Below, in pieces: positions 1 to 9,035 of a DNA stretch of 34,412 bases. The first letter of the stretch is position 1, and each line of letters begins with the position of its first letter. The stretch covers positions 1 through 34,412 of the forward strand of contig JAAFKI010000123.1 in the NCBI GenBank assembly GCA_021399345.1. The letters are read 5' to 3'. The stretch is from Candidatus Heimdallarchaeota archaeon (GTDB lineage: Archaea > Asgardarchaeota > Heimdallarchaeia > Heimdallarchaeales > Heimdallarchaeaceae). The position numbers and the translations under genes are program-made. The notes under the pieces are model-generated. The model made no database searches, was not told where the DNA came from, and worked only from the letters and a program-made list of their open reading frames with translations.

Positions 1-338
1 AACGTTGTTTCACTGTTCATAAACCCTAAGACTAAAGTTGCTGAAGTAAAAATTATTGTTCCAATAATGTAGATTTTTTTCCTTCCATAATTATCGGAAA
101 TTTTTCCAAAAGGAATCTGAAGCATAGCGGTAGCTAAAATGTATATTGTAATAATCCACCCCATTCCTGCTTCATCAAGACCTGGGACATGTTGAGGATT
201 GAGAGGATTAGTCATTACTGGAGCTGCAACTGAAAACGCTGAACCACTAAAAGCACTGACAAATGATGATAGAGAAATAATCGAAAGAGCTGTGATTCTT
301 TGTTTTCTAAGATCTACTTGGGGATTATTTTTTAACAT
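1..338 (-). CDS. MFS transporter (DHA2/EmrB-like), 5' part only; runs off the window edge
   Basis: Not in the ORF track. Manual translation from ATG at 338 gives MLKNNPQVDLRKQRITALSIISLSSFVSAFSGSAFSVAAP...GMGWIITIYILATAMLQIPFGKISDNYGRKKIYIIG, with hydrophobic helices and MFS motif A (G-x-x-x-D-x-x-G-R-K). Confidence 0.9.
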   Translation of the reverse strand, partial: MLKNNPQVDLRKQRITALSIISLSSFVSAFSGSAFSVAAPVMTNPLNPQHVPGLDEAGMGWIITIYILATAMLQIPFGKISDNYGRKKIYIIGTIIFTSATLVLGFMNSETT

Positions 339-478
339 CTAAGCACTGTGTTATAGTTATATTTTGAACTCTTTTCTAGCAAGTATATAACTCTTCGTTA
401 CTCCCAACTTCAGTATTTATCAAAACAATAATCGGAATGGTTCGTAGAAATCTATAAAAGTGTCAAAGTTAATTGATA

Positions 479-1216
479 ATGATGATCAAAGGAAAGCTCA
501 TTGCCATCATTATAGCAAGTGTTATAGGGATAGCAGGAATTTCAATAGGGATATACTTTGGAGTCAACTATGGAACTACTCCACCATCTAATGCGAGAAA
601 ACCAGCTATCTACTTGTACAATTTGCAAAATGAAGTTTTTACTGAAACACTTTCTGTCTATATGCCATTTGGATACGCTACGATAACCATTCCAGAAGTT
701 GAATTATCTGATACTATCGTATGGAATTCTTTTGAAGTATTTCCAGAATCAAGAATTCTTTATGAGAATGTCTTTTATCCTTATCTGTTCTATGAAGCAA
801 ATATCTATAGTGATTTTGGTAAGCTTGAATACGGATGGATAATAGAGAAAATTGCTGATATCTACATCATAAATGATAAATCCTTTACGAAAAACCAATT
901 ACTAAATTATCTAAGCTATGCTTTACAAGATTTAGGTTTATTTGAAAATGAAATTGATGAGTTCATTAATTATTGGTTCTTCGAACAAGAGCTGTTAAAA
1001 GAAGATGGAACGCATATACTCCAACAAATGTCTTCAGAATGGGTAAACAATAATTTTCAATTATCAACAATACAAACCTATTCACAGCTTCGATTATTCT
1101 TTAAGTACTTTTATTCTGAAGGAACTAATTTGAATCTAAAAATACAAAACCCAATAAGTAATGTAATGGTTTCAAATACAGACTATATCCTTCATGAATG
1201 GGGTGTGATTATTTAG
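479..1216 (+). CDS. Membrane-anchored conserved hypothetical protein (KPxIYLY...YLFYE...EFIxYW...EWG type)
   Basis: ORF track 473..1216 (TTG); ATG at 479/482 fits TATAAAA at 453-459. N-terminal TM helix; motifs ARKPAIYLY, YPYLFYEA, LGLFENEIDEFINYW and HEWG resemble a widespread uncharacterised family. Confidence 0.75.
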   Translation: MMIKGKLIAIIIASVIGIAGISIGIYFGVNYGTTPPSNARKPAIYLYNLQNEVFTETLSVYMPFGYATITIPEVELSDTIVWNSFEVFPESRILYENVFYPYLFYEANIYSDFGKLEYGWIIEKIADIYIINDKSFTKNQLLNYLSYALQDLGLFENEIDEFINYWFFEQELLKEDGTHILQQMSSEWVNNNFQLSTIQTYSQLRLFFKYFYSEGTNLNLKIQNPISNVMVSNTDYILHEWGVII

Positions 1217-1225
1217 AAAAGGAAA

Positions 1226-3013
1226 CTACAATCCCAACTTCTTCAATTTTGTTTCAGTAGGGATTCCGTTATTATTCCATTCTCTAAGTTGATAATATTC
1301 AAGCTTAGCTGCTTCGAACTGCTCTTTGCTTACAACCAGTCCTTTTGCATCTCCTTCAGGCATTATATCCTTGAAAAATCTTTTAGGAAGAGTATCATCA
1401 TTAGCTGTAATTCCTTCACGTACATTGAACATTCTTGTTAAATTCCATATCCTTTCTCCTACTTCCAAATAACTTTCAGGTGTGTAAGAAAATCCTGTAG
1501 CAGAATTCAACATTTCAACCATTTCAGGGACATTAAAGGGTAAGAAATCACAAACTACTAAGGAAAAACAAGCAGCTCTTTCATCTTGAGATTCCTTGAC
1601 AAACTTGGGAACACCTTCAAATGAAAATCTTGGTAAATCACCACTTAATTCTGCACTTGGAGTCCATGTTCTTTGGTGACAAGCACCTCTATCTGAAGTA
1701 GAATAAGCTAATGCCATCCCCCAAGACCCTCTTGGTTCAACACCTGCTAGTTCATTTCCCTTTACTTGAATAGCAAAATCCATTGAATCATGACCAATTT
1801 TCACAGCAGCAGCTTTTGACCCTTGGGCAAATAAATTACCTATTCTTTCTCTATGTGAAATAAGTTTTATCATCTCAAGTACTGCATCATCATTTCCAAA
1901 AGCTAGATTATCAACATCTGATTGTTGTAAATATCCTTTTTCCACACATTCCATTGCAAAACTTATAGTCGCACCTGCTGTAATCGTATCGATTCCTAAA
2001 TCATCACACATTTCACTTGCTTTTGCTACAGCTGCAAGATCATTAATCCCACAATTTGAACCAAGTAATGCTGTAGTTTCATATTCTGGTCCATCTACAT
2101 CTAAACCAGCATATTTGCCTGTTTCAAATTTGTTAGCTTTACCACAAGCAATTAAACACCCATAACAAGCCCTGTTAGCATAAGTATACTTTTCTAACAT
2201 TGTTTCTCCTGAGATAGAATCAGCCTCTTCAAAGACTCCACTCTGATAATTTTTTGTGGGTAAGAATCCCCCTTGGTTGGACATATTTACCCACATCATT
2301 GTTCCAATTCTATTCCTGTTCTTTACTCCATCATCATTTTGAACCTTAGTGCGAAAAGTTCTTGTAAGTTCTCTAAAATTTTTATGAGCAGCATCAATTT
2401 TTTCAGTTCCACTCACTACGACTGCTTTTAGATTTTTTGACCCCATAACAGCTCCTGAACCACCTCTTCCTGCCATATGAGATCTGCCTGTCATTACATT
2501 TGCATAAGAAACTAGTTTTTCTCCAGCTATACCAATTGATGCCACTTCAGATTTTGGATGTTTTCCTTGAAGTATCTCTTCTGTTGCAAAAGTTCCCCTT
2601 CCCCAAACTTCTTTTGCTGAGATGATTGTAGATCCCTCTGAAGTAACTAACAAATAGCATAGATTTGCTGCTTTTCCTCTAACTAGGATGAAATCATAAC
2701 CAGCTTTTTTCAAACGATGACCAAAGTTTCCACCGATTTGGCTATCAAGATAAATTCCAGTATGGGGAGATTTAGTGACTATACACCATCGACCAGAAGT
2801 TACAACAGAAGTACCTGTTAATGGTCCTGTCATAAAGAGAATGATATTTTCTGGACTTAAAGGATCAACTCCAGCTTCTAATTCATCGTAGAGAATTTTT
2901 GCTCCTAATCCTTTACCTCCAATGAATTTTTCTGCTAATTCCTTATCTAATTTCTTCTCTTGAATTCTTTCAGATGTTAGATCGACATCAAGATACTTGT
3001 GCATATAGCCCAT
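1226..3013 (-). CDS. aor: Tungsten-containing aldehyde:ferredoxin oxidoreductase (AOR family)
   Basis: IGGKGLG, KSPHTG, AGRGGSGAVMGSKNLKA, CxxCxxxC (CYGCLIAC), GPEYET, DDLGID, RGACH and C-terminal GIPTETKLKKLGL. Track start 3022 (TTG); ATG 3013 (MGYMHKYLDVDL) is more likely. Confidence 0.95.
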   Translation of the reverse strand: MGYMHKYLDVDLTSERIQEKKLDKELAEKFIGGKGLGAKILYDELEAGVDPLSPENIILFMTGPLTGTSVVTSGRWCIVTKSPHTGIYLDSQIGGNFGHRLKKAGYDFILVRGKAANLCYLLVTSEGSTIISAKEVWGRGTFATEEILQGKHPKSEVASIGIAGEKLVSYANVMTGRSHMAGRGGSGAVMGSKNLKAVVVSGTEKIDAAHKNFRELTRTFRTKVQNDDGVKNRNRIGTMMWVNMSNQGGFLPTKNYQSGVFEEADSISGETMLEKYTYANRACYGCLIACGKANKFETGKYAGLDVDGPEYETTALLGSNCGINDLAAVAKASEMCDDLGIDTITAGATISFAMECVEKGYLQQSDVDNLAFGNDDAVLEMIKLISHRERIGNLFAQGSKAAAVKIGHDSMDFAIQVKGNELAGVEPRGSWGMALAYSTSDRGACHQRTWTPSAELSGDLPRFSFEGVPKFVKESQDERAACFSLVVCDFLPFNVPEMVEMLNSATGFSYTPESYLEVGERIWNLTRMFNVREGITANDDTLPKRFFKDIMPEGDAKGLVVSKEQFEAAKLEYYQLREWNNNGIPTETKLKKLGL

Positions 3014-3018
3014 TAAAA

Positions 3019-4062
3019 TCAACCCTTAGAAAGTAGTCGATTAATATCAAGAATATCAGTGAGTAAAGCAAAACCTGTTGGAGTTTTTCCTGCACCAGGT
3101 CCCACAATAGTCACGTCATCAACATACTTGGTCGAATAAGTCAAAGCATTAGTTGGCCCCATTATATTGGCTAATGGATGAGTTAAGGGGATTTTTTCAG
3201 GTCTAACATATGCTTCAACAGAACCATCACTCTTAATCTCTGCACCAGCAATCAGTTTCCATCTATATCCTTCTTCCTTAGCCTTAACTATGTCTTCAGC
3301 TGTTATTTTTGTTATGCCTTCACATGGTGGTTCATCTTTGCTCAAATTAGCTCCCATGACAGTATTTGCTAAAATAACGATTTTTCCTAATGCATCATAA
3401 CCTTCAACATCAGCTGTAGGATCTGCTTCTGCATATCCCAGTTCTTGAGCTTGTTCTAGCGCATTCTCATAACTAAGTCCTTTCTCCATCTCTGTTAGAA
3501 TGTAGTTAGTAGTACCATTTACTATGCCCATCGCCTTAGTTATTCCTGCCCCAGCTAGATTGTATAATCCAAGATTCAATGCTGGAGTTCCACTCAACAC
3601 AGTCCCTTCATATCTCATTTCAACACCATTCTCTTTAGCTAAATCTAGTAGCTCTCTGACAGCTAAAGCAATAGGTCCTTTATTTGTTAAAACTACATGT
3701 TTCTTATTTTTCAGAGCAGTTTTGACATGAGTAATTGCCGGTTCTCCAGTCTTGAGATCAGTCCAAGCAACTTCTAGAATAAGATTAGCGTTGGTTTCCT
3801 CAATTGTCTTAATCGAATCCCAACCTTCAATACCATCTCCATAACCCTTTAAATTGCCGTTTTCATTTACTAAATCGAGTAATTTTCGCAAATCTAAACC
3901 AGTTCGTTTATACCAAGACCCTTTCATCGTATCTGATATTGCAACCACTTTGAAGTGGAAATCATAATTCTTCTTGAGATACTCTTCTTGTTCGAGCAAA
4001 ATTTCTGCTAAACCTTGACCAACAACTCCAAATCCAATAAAAGCTATATTAAATTCCATCAT
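3019..4062 (-). CDS. hom: Homoserine dehydrogenase, short form without ACT domain
   Basis: GFGVVG Rossmann motif, HVVLTNKGP, YEGTV, GIVNGTTNYIL, AQELGYAEADPTADVEGYD, GPGAG; ends without a regulatory ACT domain. Confidence 0.95.
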   Translation of the reverse strand: MMEFNIAFIGFGVVGQGLAEILLEQEEYLKKNYDFHFKVVAISDTMKGSWYKRTGLDLRKLLDLVNENGNLKGYGDGIEGWDSIKTIEETNANLILEVAWTDLKTGEPAITHVKTALKNKKHVVLTNKGPIALAVRELLDLAKENGVEMRYEGTVLSGTPALNLGLYNLAGAGITKAMGIVNGTTNYILTEMEKGLSYENALEQAQELGYAEADPTADVEGYDALGKIVILANTVMGANLSKDEPPCEGITKITAEDIVKAKEEGYRWKLIAGAEIKSDGSVEAYVRPEKIPLTHPLANIMGPTNALTYSTKYVDDVTIVGPGAGKTPTGFALLTDILDINRLLSKG

Positions 4063-4185
4063 AAGCCCTCAATAATCTTTCACGCATACTTTAAAGTGGA
4101 ATTGCTTATAAATTTGCTGTCAAGGAGTCTCTTTGTTAGTACAAAAGGTATAAAAGAACAATCAACTAAATAGGAATTGAAATCT

Positions 4186-4773
4186 ATGTCACGATTCTTC
4201 GGTTCAAAAAAACCACCCAAGAGAAACATAACGTCAGCTGAGCAGTATTATAAAGAGAAATATGGAGAAGAAAAAGATGATTCTCCAAGTGATCGAGATA
4301 CAGCAATAATGCAAAAGCTAATTGAAATTGGTGCGTATAATATTAAGAAATCCTCAGGATACTTGACAAAATACTCATTTGATTTACCTATTGAACACGA
4401 AGATGATGTAACTCAAAGAATTACATTAGTAGAAGAAAGCGACAAAGATGTTCATATAGATGCTGAATTAATCCATGAGTTCCCACTGTTTCTGCATGTT
4501 ACAGTTAAGGAAGATTCAAGAAACAGAGAATTTGAGTCATTTACTGGAATGAGTGTCATCAACTTTGTAAACATAAGAACTAACAATGATAAACTTGCAA
4601 CAAAAATTTTAGATGATTCATATGTTAGTGAATACTTCTTCCAACTTATGAAGGATGTTGTTCTAATATCTGCAAATAAAAGCACCCTATCTGCAAAGTT
4701 AACCTCTATTGACAAATTAAAGTACTTCTTCAAATTAATAGCCAGAATGGTTAATATCGCTGAAAAACGATAA
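4186..4773 (+). CDS. Hypothetical protein
   Basis: Track 4177..4773 (TTG); ATG 4186 lies ~30 nt after TATAAAA (4149-4155). Protein-like composition, no recognisable motif. Confidence 0.7.
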   Translation: MSRFFGSKKPPKRNITSAEQYYKEKYGEEKDDSPSDRDTAIMQKLIEIGAYNIKKSSGYLTKYSFDLPIEHEDDVTQRITLVEESDKDVHIDAELIHEFPLFLHVTVKEDSRNREFESFTGMSVINFVNIRTNNDKLATKILDDSYVSEYFFQLMKDVVLISANKSTLSAKLTSIDKLKYFFKLIARMVNIAEKR

Positions 4774-4790
4774 TTTCGGAAGTCGTAAGA

Positions 4791-5606
4791 TTGATAATAG
4801 ATGGTCATGCTCATGCTTTTGGAGAATTTGCTTATTCAGAGAAACTAATTCCACTTATGGATAATTTAGGAGTCGATAAAGTGGTTCTATGTCCAGGTGG
4901 TACTGATCCAGATTATGAATTCAAAATTCCTAAAATAGCTTATAGAAAATCTTCATATAACCACTATTTTCATATCTTAGGAAACGTATTCTTCTTACGT
5001 CTTTTTCATAAAAAAATGAACAATATAGACAATGAATATGTCTTTTCACTCGTGAAAGATTATCCTGACAGATTGATTCAATATTTCTGGATCAATCCTA
5101 ATGATCCTGAGCTAATTTCTACTTTAGAGCAGAACTTTGAGAAAATGTCTTTTGCTGGAATTAAGCTTCATCAATGCTTGAACAAGTTCTCAAATGAAGA
5201 TGAGGGGATGAAAATTATTCCCCAATTCGCAGTTGAAAAGAGCACACCAATTTTTATCCATCTTTATAACTTCAAAGAAGCAAGAAAATTTGTAAAATTA
5301 GCTTATGAATTTCCAAAAGCAAATTATATCATAGCTCATTCTATGGGATTAGAAACTATTGCCAGGAAAGGAGAGAGTCTGAAAAACGTCTATTTTGATA
5401 TTTCAACATATTTCATCATTTCTGAGAAGAGAATACGTTTTGCTATGGACAAGTTTGGGGAAGATAAAGTTTTACTTGGTTCAGATTCACCACTAGGAGA
5501 TAGGAATCTTGAACTAAACATAGAAAAAATTAGAAAAATGGACTTAACAGAAAAACAGAAAAATAAGATTCTTGGAGAGAATATAGCCAAATTGCTACAT
5601 TTGTAA
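4791..5606 (+). CDS. Amidohydrolase family protein (Amidohydro_2, TIM-barrel metallohydrolase)
   Basis: MIIDGHAH (HxH), GIKLH, IFIH, IAHSMG, LGSD metal-binding pattern; TTG start. Confidence 0.9.
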   Translation: MIIDGHAHAFGEFAYSEKLIPLMDNLGVDKVVLCPGGTDPDYEFKIPKIAYRKSSYNHYFHILGNVFFLRLFHKKMNNIDNEYVFSLVKDYPDRLIQYFWINPNDPELISTLEQNFEKMSFAGIKLHQCLNKFSNEDEGMKIIPQFAVEKSTPIFIHLYNFKEARKFVKLAYEFPKANYIIAHSMGLETIARKGESLKNVYFDISTYFIISEKRIRFAMDKFGEDKVLLGSDSPLGDRNLELNIEKIRKMDLTEKQKNKILGENIAKLLHL

Positions 5607-5611
5607 CAATC

Positions 5612-6772
5612 TTACTCGAAAGAATCCTTGATTTGTTGAACAGCTTTTTGAATTGTTTCTATGGATGTAGCATAACTAAATCTAAGATACCCTTCTCCAC
5701 CATCTCCAAAAGCTGATCCGGGTAAACAACATACACCAGCTTTATACAAAATATGATCTGCTATCTCTCGAGAATTCATCCCTGTATCTTTGATATTGGG
5801 AAAGACATAGAAAGCACCTTGAGGGTGTAAACATGTGAAGTTTGGTATGCTATTTAGTCCTTCAACTATCGCATTTCTTCTTTCAAGAAAGGCTTTCATC
5901 ATTTCTTTCAAAGGTTCTTGAGTTCCTTTTAGAGCTGCTATACCAGCTTTTTGAACGAACGATGTTGTACAAGATAAAGCATTAATCATTAAAGTACCCA
6001 TTCTTTCTATTACTTCTTCAGGACCTACTACATAGCCTAAACGCCATCCAGTCATAGCATATGATTTTGAGAACCCATCTAGAATTATCGTTCTTTCTTT
6101 TGATTCATCTCGAATTGCAGGTGAATGGAAAGAAGCTTCATATAGCATCTTGGAGTAAATCTCATCTGATAAGAGGAAAATATTGTTTTTTTCTGCTATT
6201 TCTGCAACTTTGTCTATTTCTTCTTTCGTCATTACAGAACCTGTTGGGTTCTGTGGACTATTCAGGATGATTAGCTTTGTTTTATCAGTGATTCTTTCTT
6301 CAATATCATTGGGATTTAAACGAAATTCGTTTTCTTCTTTCAATTGAATTGGGACATCTCCAGCATTAAGATACTTAGCAACGGAGCCATAAGTAGGAAA
6401 ACCTGGATCAGGATATATTACCTCATCACCAGGATTAACTAAACCAAGCATTGAAAAGAAAATTCCTGGCTTAGCACCAGGTAAAATCAAAATTTGTTCT
6501 ATTGAAGGTCTAAATCCTCTAGTTTGCTCAATTTCATCTTGGATTGCTTGCTTTAGTTCCAAAATTCCAGTAGCTGATACATAGCCAGTGAAATTGTTCT
6601 CAATTGATACATAAGCTGCATCCTTGATATTTTGAGGAGTGGGAAAATCGGGTTGTCCTATTTCGAAATGAAGTATTTCTTTTCCTTCTCTTTCCTGAGC
6701 TTGAGCTTTTGCAAGATATTCAAAAGCTCCCTCTCCTTGAATCCGGTACATTCCGTTTACCATTTTCTTCAT
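5612..6772 (-). CDS. PLP-dependent class I/II aminotransferase (aspartate aminotransferase-like)
   Basis: IGQPDF, NSPQNPTG, SDEIY, GFSKSYAMTGWRLG (PLP lysine), GAFYVF, YLRFSYA. Track start GTG 6781; ATG 6772 follows a GAGTGA SD-like motif. Confidence 0.93.
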   Translation of the reverse strand: MKKMVNGMYRIQGEGAFEYLAKAQAQEREGKEILHFEIGQPDFPTPQNIKDAAYVSIENNFTGYVSATGILELKQAIQDEIEQTRGFRPSIEQILILPGAKPGIFFSMLGLVNPGDEVIYPDPGFPTYGSVAKYLNAGDVPIQLKEENEFRLNPNDIEERITDKTKLIILNSPQNPTGSVMTKEEIDKVAEIAEKNNIFLLSDEIYSKMLYEASFHSPAIRDESKERTIILDGFSKSYAMTGWRLGYVVGPEEVIERMGTLMINALSCTTSFVQKAGIAALKGTQEPLKEMMKAFLERRNAIVEGLNSIPNFTCLHPQGAFYVFPNIKDTGMNSREIADHILYKAGVCCLPGSAFGDGGEGYLRFSYATSIETIQKAVQQIKDSFE

Positions 6773-6788
6773 TACTATCACTCAAAGC

Positions 6789-8072
6789 TTATTTATAATG
6801 GAGTTTTCTAGCTGCAATAAAACTCAAACCTTTTTCTGTAAGAGCTTTAGCTGTATTGTTCACAGATGTATGGCGATCCATATGATTTTGTTCAAGATGG
6901 GGCCATAAACTTTGTTCATCAATTTGTTCCTTTGTAAGGAAATAATCTAGTATATCAGAAGGATGTTCTCTTGTTGGGTCAATTTCCACAGGTCCACCTT
7001 CATGTTTAGCACTAATATTCCTGACTTTTGGAGCAATTTCAAGCAATTCTTGAGTTCTATCATATGGTTGTCTTACAATTGATTTCCATGTTTCAATTAT
7101 GTGATGTTCTAGTCTAACAACGTTTTCAAAACCAAAATTGTTTCTAATTTGAGAACTCATTTCAATTGTCCAGTTGTTAACAGCATTTGAAAGATTGAAT
7201 CCAATCAATGGTGAAGTACCATCTTCTCGAGCAAAGAGTTTTGCAGTCATCAATGTCCAAAGAACAGAATAAGGATTGTCATTACCCATGTACACTGAAA
7301 TCTTAAACTCATTATTTACTCCAAGTTTGTAGAGCATATATCCCAAGATAACAGTTCCAGGATTGATATTCAAAACTTGTTTTACACCATAATTAGTATA
7401 GTAATATAGTAGCTCATCTATCCATTTCAATGCAAATTCATTAGGTTGTCCAACACCTCCAAAGTATCCTGTAATTGTATCAGGACCACCTAGATGAATA
7501 TTAACAGGCATACCATCAGGACCAGGAGCTGTTCCTTTTGTATCTAAGGTTTCTACAATAGAAGCCCCTATTATGTCAACAGCTGCCTGCATTGCCAGAA
7601 GATCCCCATCTTTTTCTTGTTCTTTCATATATCTAACACGGATTATTCTGCCTGGCATAAGATCTTGATTAGAAATGGCTTTTTTTGCACCTTTAATTAA
7701 AAATGGAAAGTATTGACATGCAGAAAATTCTAGAGTTACAGCAAACGAATCGTCAAATTTAATTCTGTCAACTGCATTTCCTAAAATCTTTCTTCTGTAG
7801 TTATCAACGCTAATGAATGCATCATTTTCTCTCTGCTTTATTAACCACTCAAGTTCGTCTATATAATCAGGATTAACTGTTTCGAGCTTTTTATAGATGG
7901 TTTCAATTTTTCTTGCTTCTTTGAATTTCTTATTTATTTCATCAACTCCTCCGTATTTATCTACTAACTGTAGAAGGTCATTAACAAAGGGGTTGTTTTC
8001 ATCAATTAAGAATTTTTGAATCTCATCTATGTTCTCTTTAGAAATGCTCAGTTTATTTCTTATATTTTCCAT
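6789..8072 (-). CDS. Hypothetical protein, predicted (beta/alpha)8 barrel enzyme
   Basis: 427-aa ORF with GGAGG SD (8080-8084); glycine-rich enzyme-like motifs (ETLDTKG, HLGGPDTITGYFGGVGQPN, KISVYMGNDNP, EHH, SAKHEGG); only 16 nt from the aminotransferase start. Confidence 0.85.
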   Translation of the reverse strand: MENIRNKLSISKENIDEIQKFLIDENNPFVNDLLQLVDKYGGVDEINKKFKEARKIETIYKKLETVNPDYIDELEWLIKQRENDAFISVDNYRRKILGNAVDRIKFDDSFAVTLEFSACQYFPFLIKGAKKAISNQDLMPGRIIRVRYMKEQEKDGDLLAMQAAVDIIGASIVETLDTKGTAPGPDGMPVNIHLGGPDTITGYFGGVGQPNEFALKWIDELLYYYTNYGVKQVLNINPGTVILGYMLYKLGVNNEFKISVYMGNDNPYSVLWTLMTAKLFAREDGTSPLIGFNLSNAVNNWTIEMSSQIRNNFGFENVVRLEHHIIETWKSIVRQPYDRTQELLEIAPKVRNISAKHEGGPVEIDPTREHPSDILDYFLTKEQIDEQSLWPHLEQNHMDRHTSVNNTAKALTEKGLSFIAARKLHYK

Positions 8073-8157
8073 ACATATTCCTCCATGAGGGTTCGGGAAT
8101 TTTCACTCATGTTTGGCTATTCTAGAGAAAATGTAATCAATCTTAAATATATCTCTA

Positions 8158-9012
8158 TCAAGATTTGATATTATGTTTGGATTTTATTCTTTCTAGAGCT
8201 TCCTTAGCACTCTCACTAATGAATCTATTATCGTCTTCCAATAAATTCTCTAAAATATCTACAACAAGTATATCCCTAGAATATCCTAAGGCAGATGTAG
8301 CACATTTTCTTATAAACCAATTTTCACTCTCTAAAGCTTGTTTAAGAAGTGATAATCCTTCGTCACCTCCAATCTTTCCAATAGCTGAAGCAGCTTGTTC
8401 TTTTACATCTTGAAAATTGTCATTCATTAAGAGGTTAAAGAGATGCTTAATAGAATTATTACTTCGAATTTCACCCAGAATCCAAGCGATTTTAGATCTA
8501 ACATCCTTGTCAGGATCATCTATGAAGTATTCTAGAAGTTGTTCATCAAGATTTTCTTGCTCCAGCAGCTTTTTCCACCTTTCCTTGGCTATAAGAGATA
8601 AAGCTTCTTCTTTATCACTAGAAGGAACCCAACCCAAATGTTCCAACACTACAACTGATTCAGCCCTTACTTCCCAGCTAGTATCTTCCAATTTGTTCAC
8701 TAGGGAAGGAATAGCATCAAAAACCATCATATCTCCTAATGATCTGGTAGCATTTTTCCTTACCTCTGGTTCTTCATCATTTAAAGCAAGAATTAAAGGA
8801 TTGATTGTTCTTTCATCCGCTATTTTGCCTAGAGCCCAAGCTATGCGGCTCCTTACTAGTGCAACATCTTCCTTGAGCATTTTTATAAGAACAGAAACTG
8901 TTTGTTTTTTGCCAGGGTTATCAACAATGGAGTTAATTGTAAAAATTCGAACATGAAGGTCTTCGTCCTTTAAACTTTCAAGTAAAGCTTCTACTTCATC
9001 ATCTTCAATCAT
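8158..9012 (-). CDS. HEAT-repeat (PBS-lyase HEAT-like) protein
   Basis: Repeated L..D....VR..[AI]A..LG.I units (VRSRIAWALGKI, VRKNATRSLGDM, VRSKIAWILGEI, VKEQAASAIGKI, IRKCATSALG). Confidence 0.9.
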   Translation of the reverse strand: MIEDDEVEALLESLKDEDLHVRIFTINSIVDNPGKKQTVSVLIKMLKEDVALVRSRIAWALGKIADERTINPLILALNDEEPEVRKNATRSLGDMMVFDAIPSLVNKLEDTSWEVRAESVVVLEHLGWVPSSDKEEALSLIAKERWKKLLEQENLDEQLLEYFIDDPDKDVRSKIAWILGEIRSNNSIKHLFNLLMNDNFQDVKEQAASAIGKIGGDEGLSLLKQALESENWFIRKCATSALGYSRDILVVDILENLLEDDNRFISESAKEALERIKSKHNIKS

Positions 9013-9035
9013 TTATTTTCCACTCTCTAAAGATG

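Noticed and set aside
4452-4814. 120-aa minus-strand ORF
   Set aside because: Lies almost wholly antisense to 4186..4773, which has a promoter and more protein-like composition.
8165-8956. Plus-strand ORFs 8165..8413 and 8417..8956
   Set aside because: Antisense shadows of the HEAT-repeat gene; Ser/Leu-rich with no motifs.
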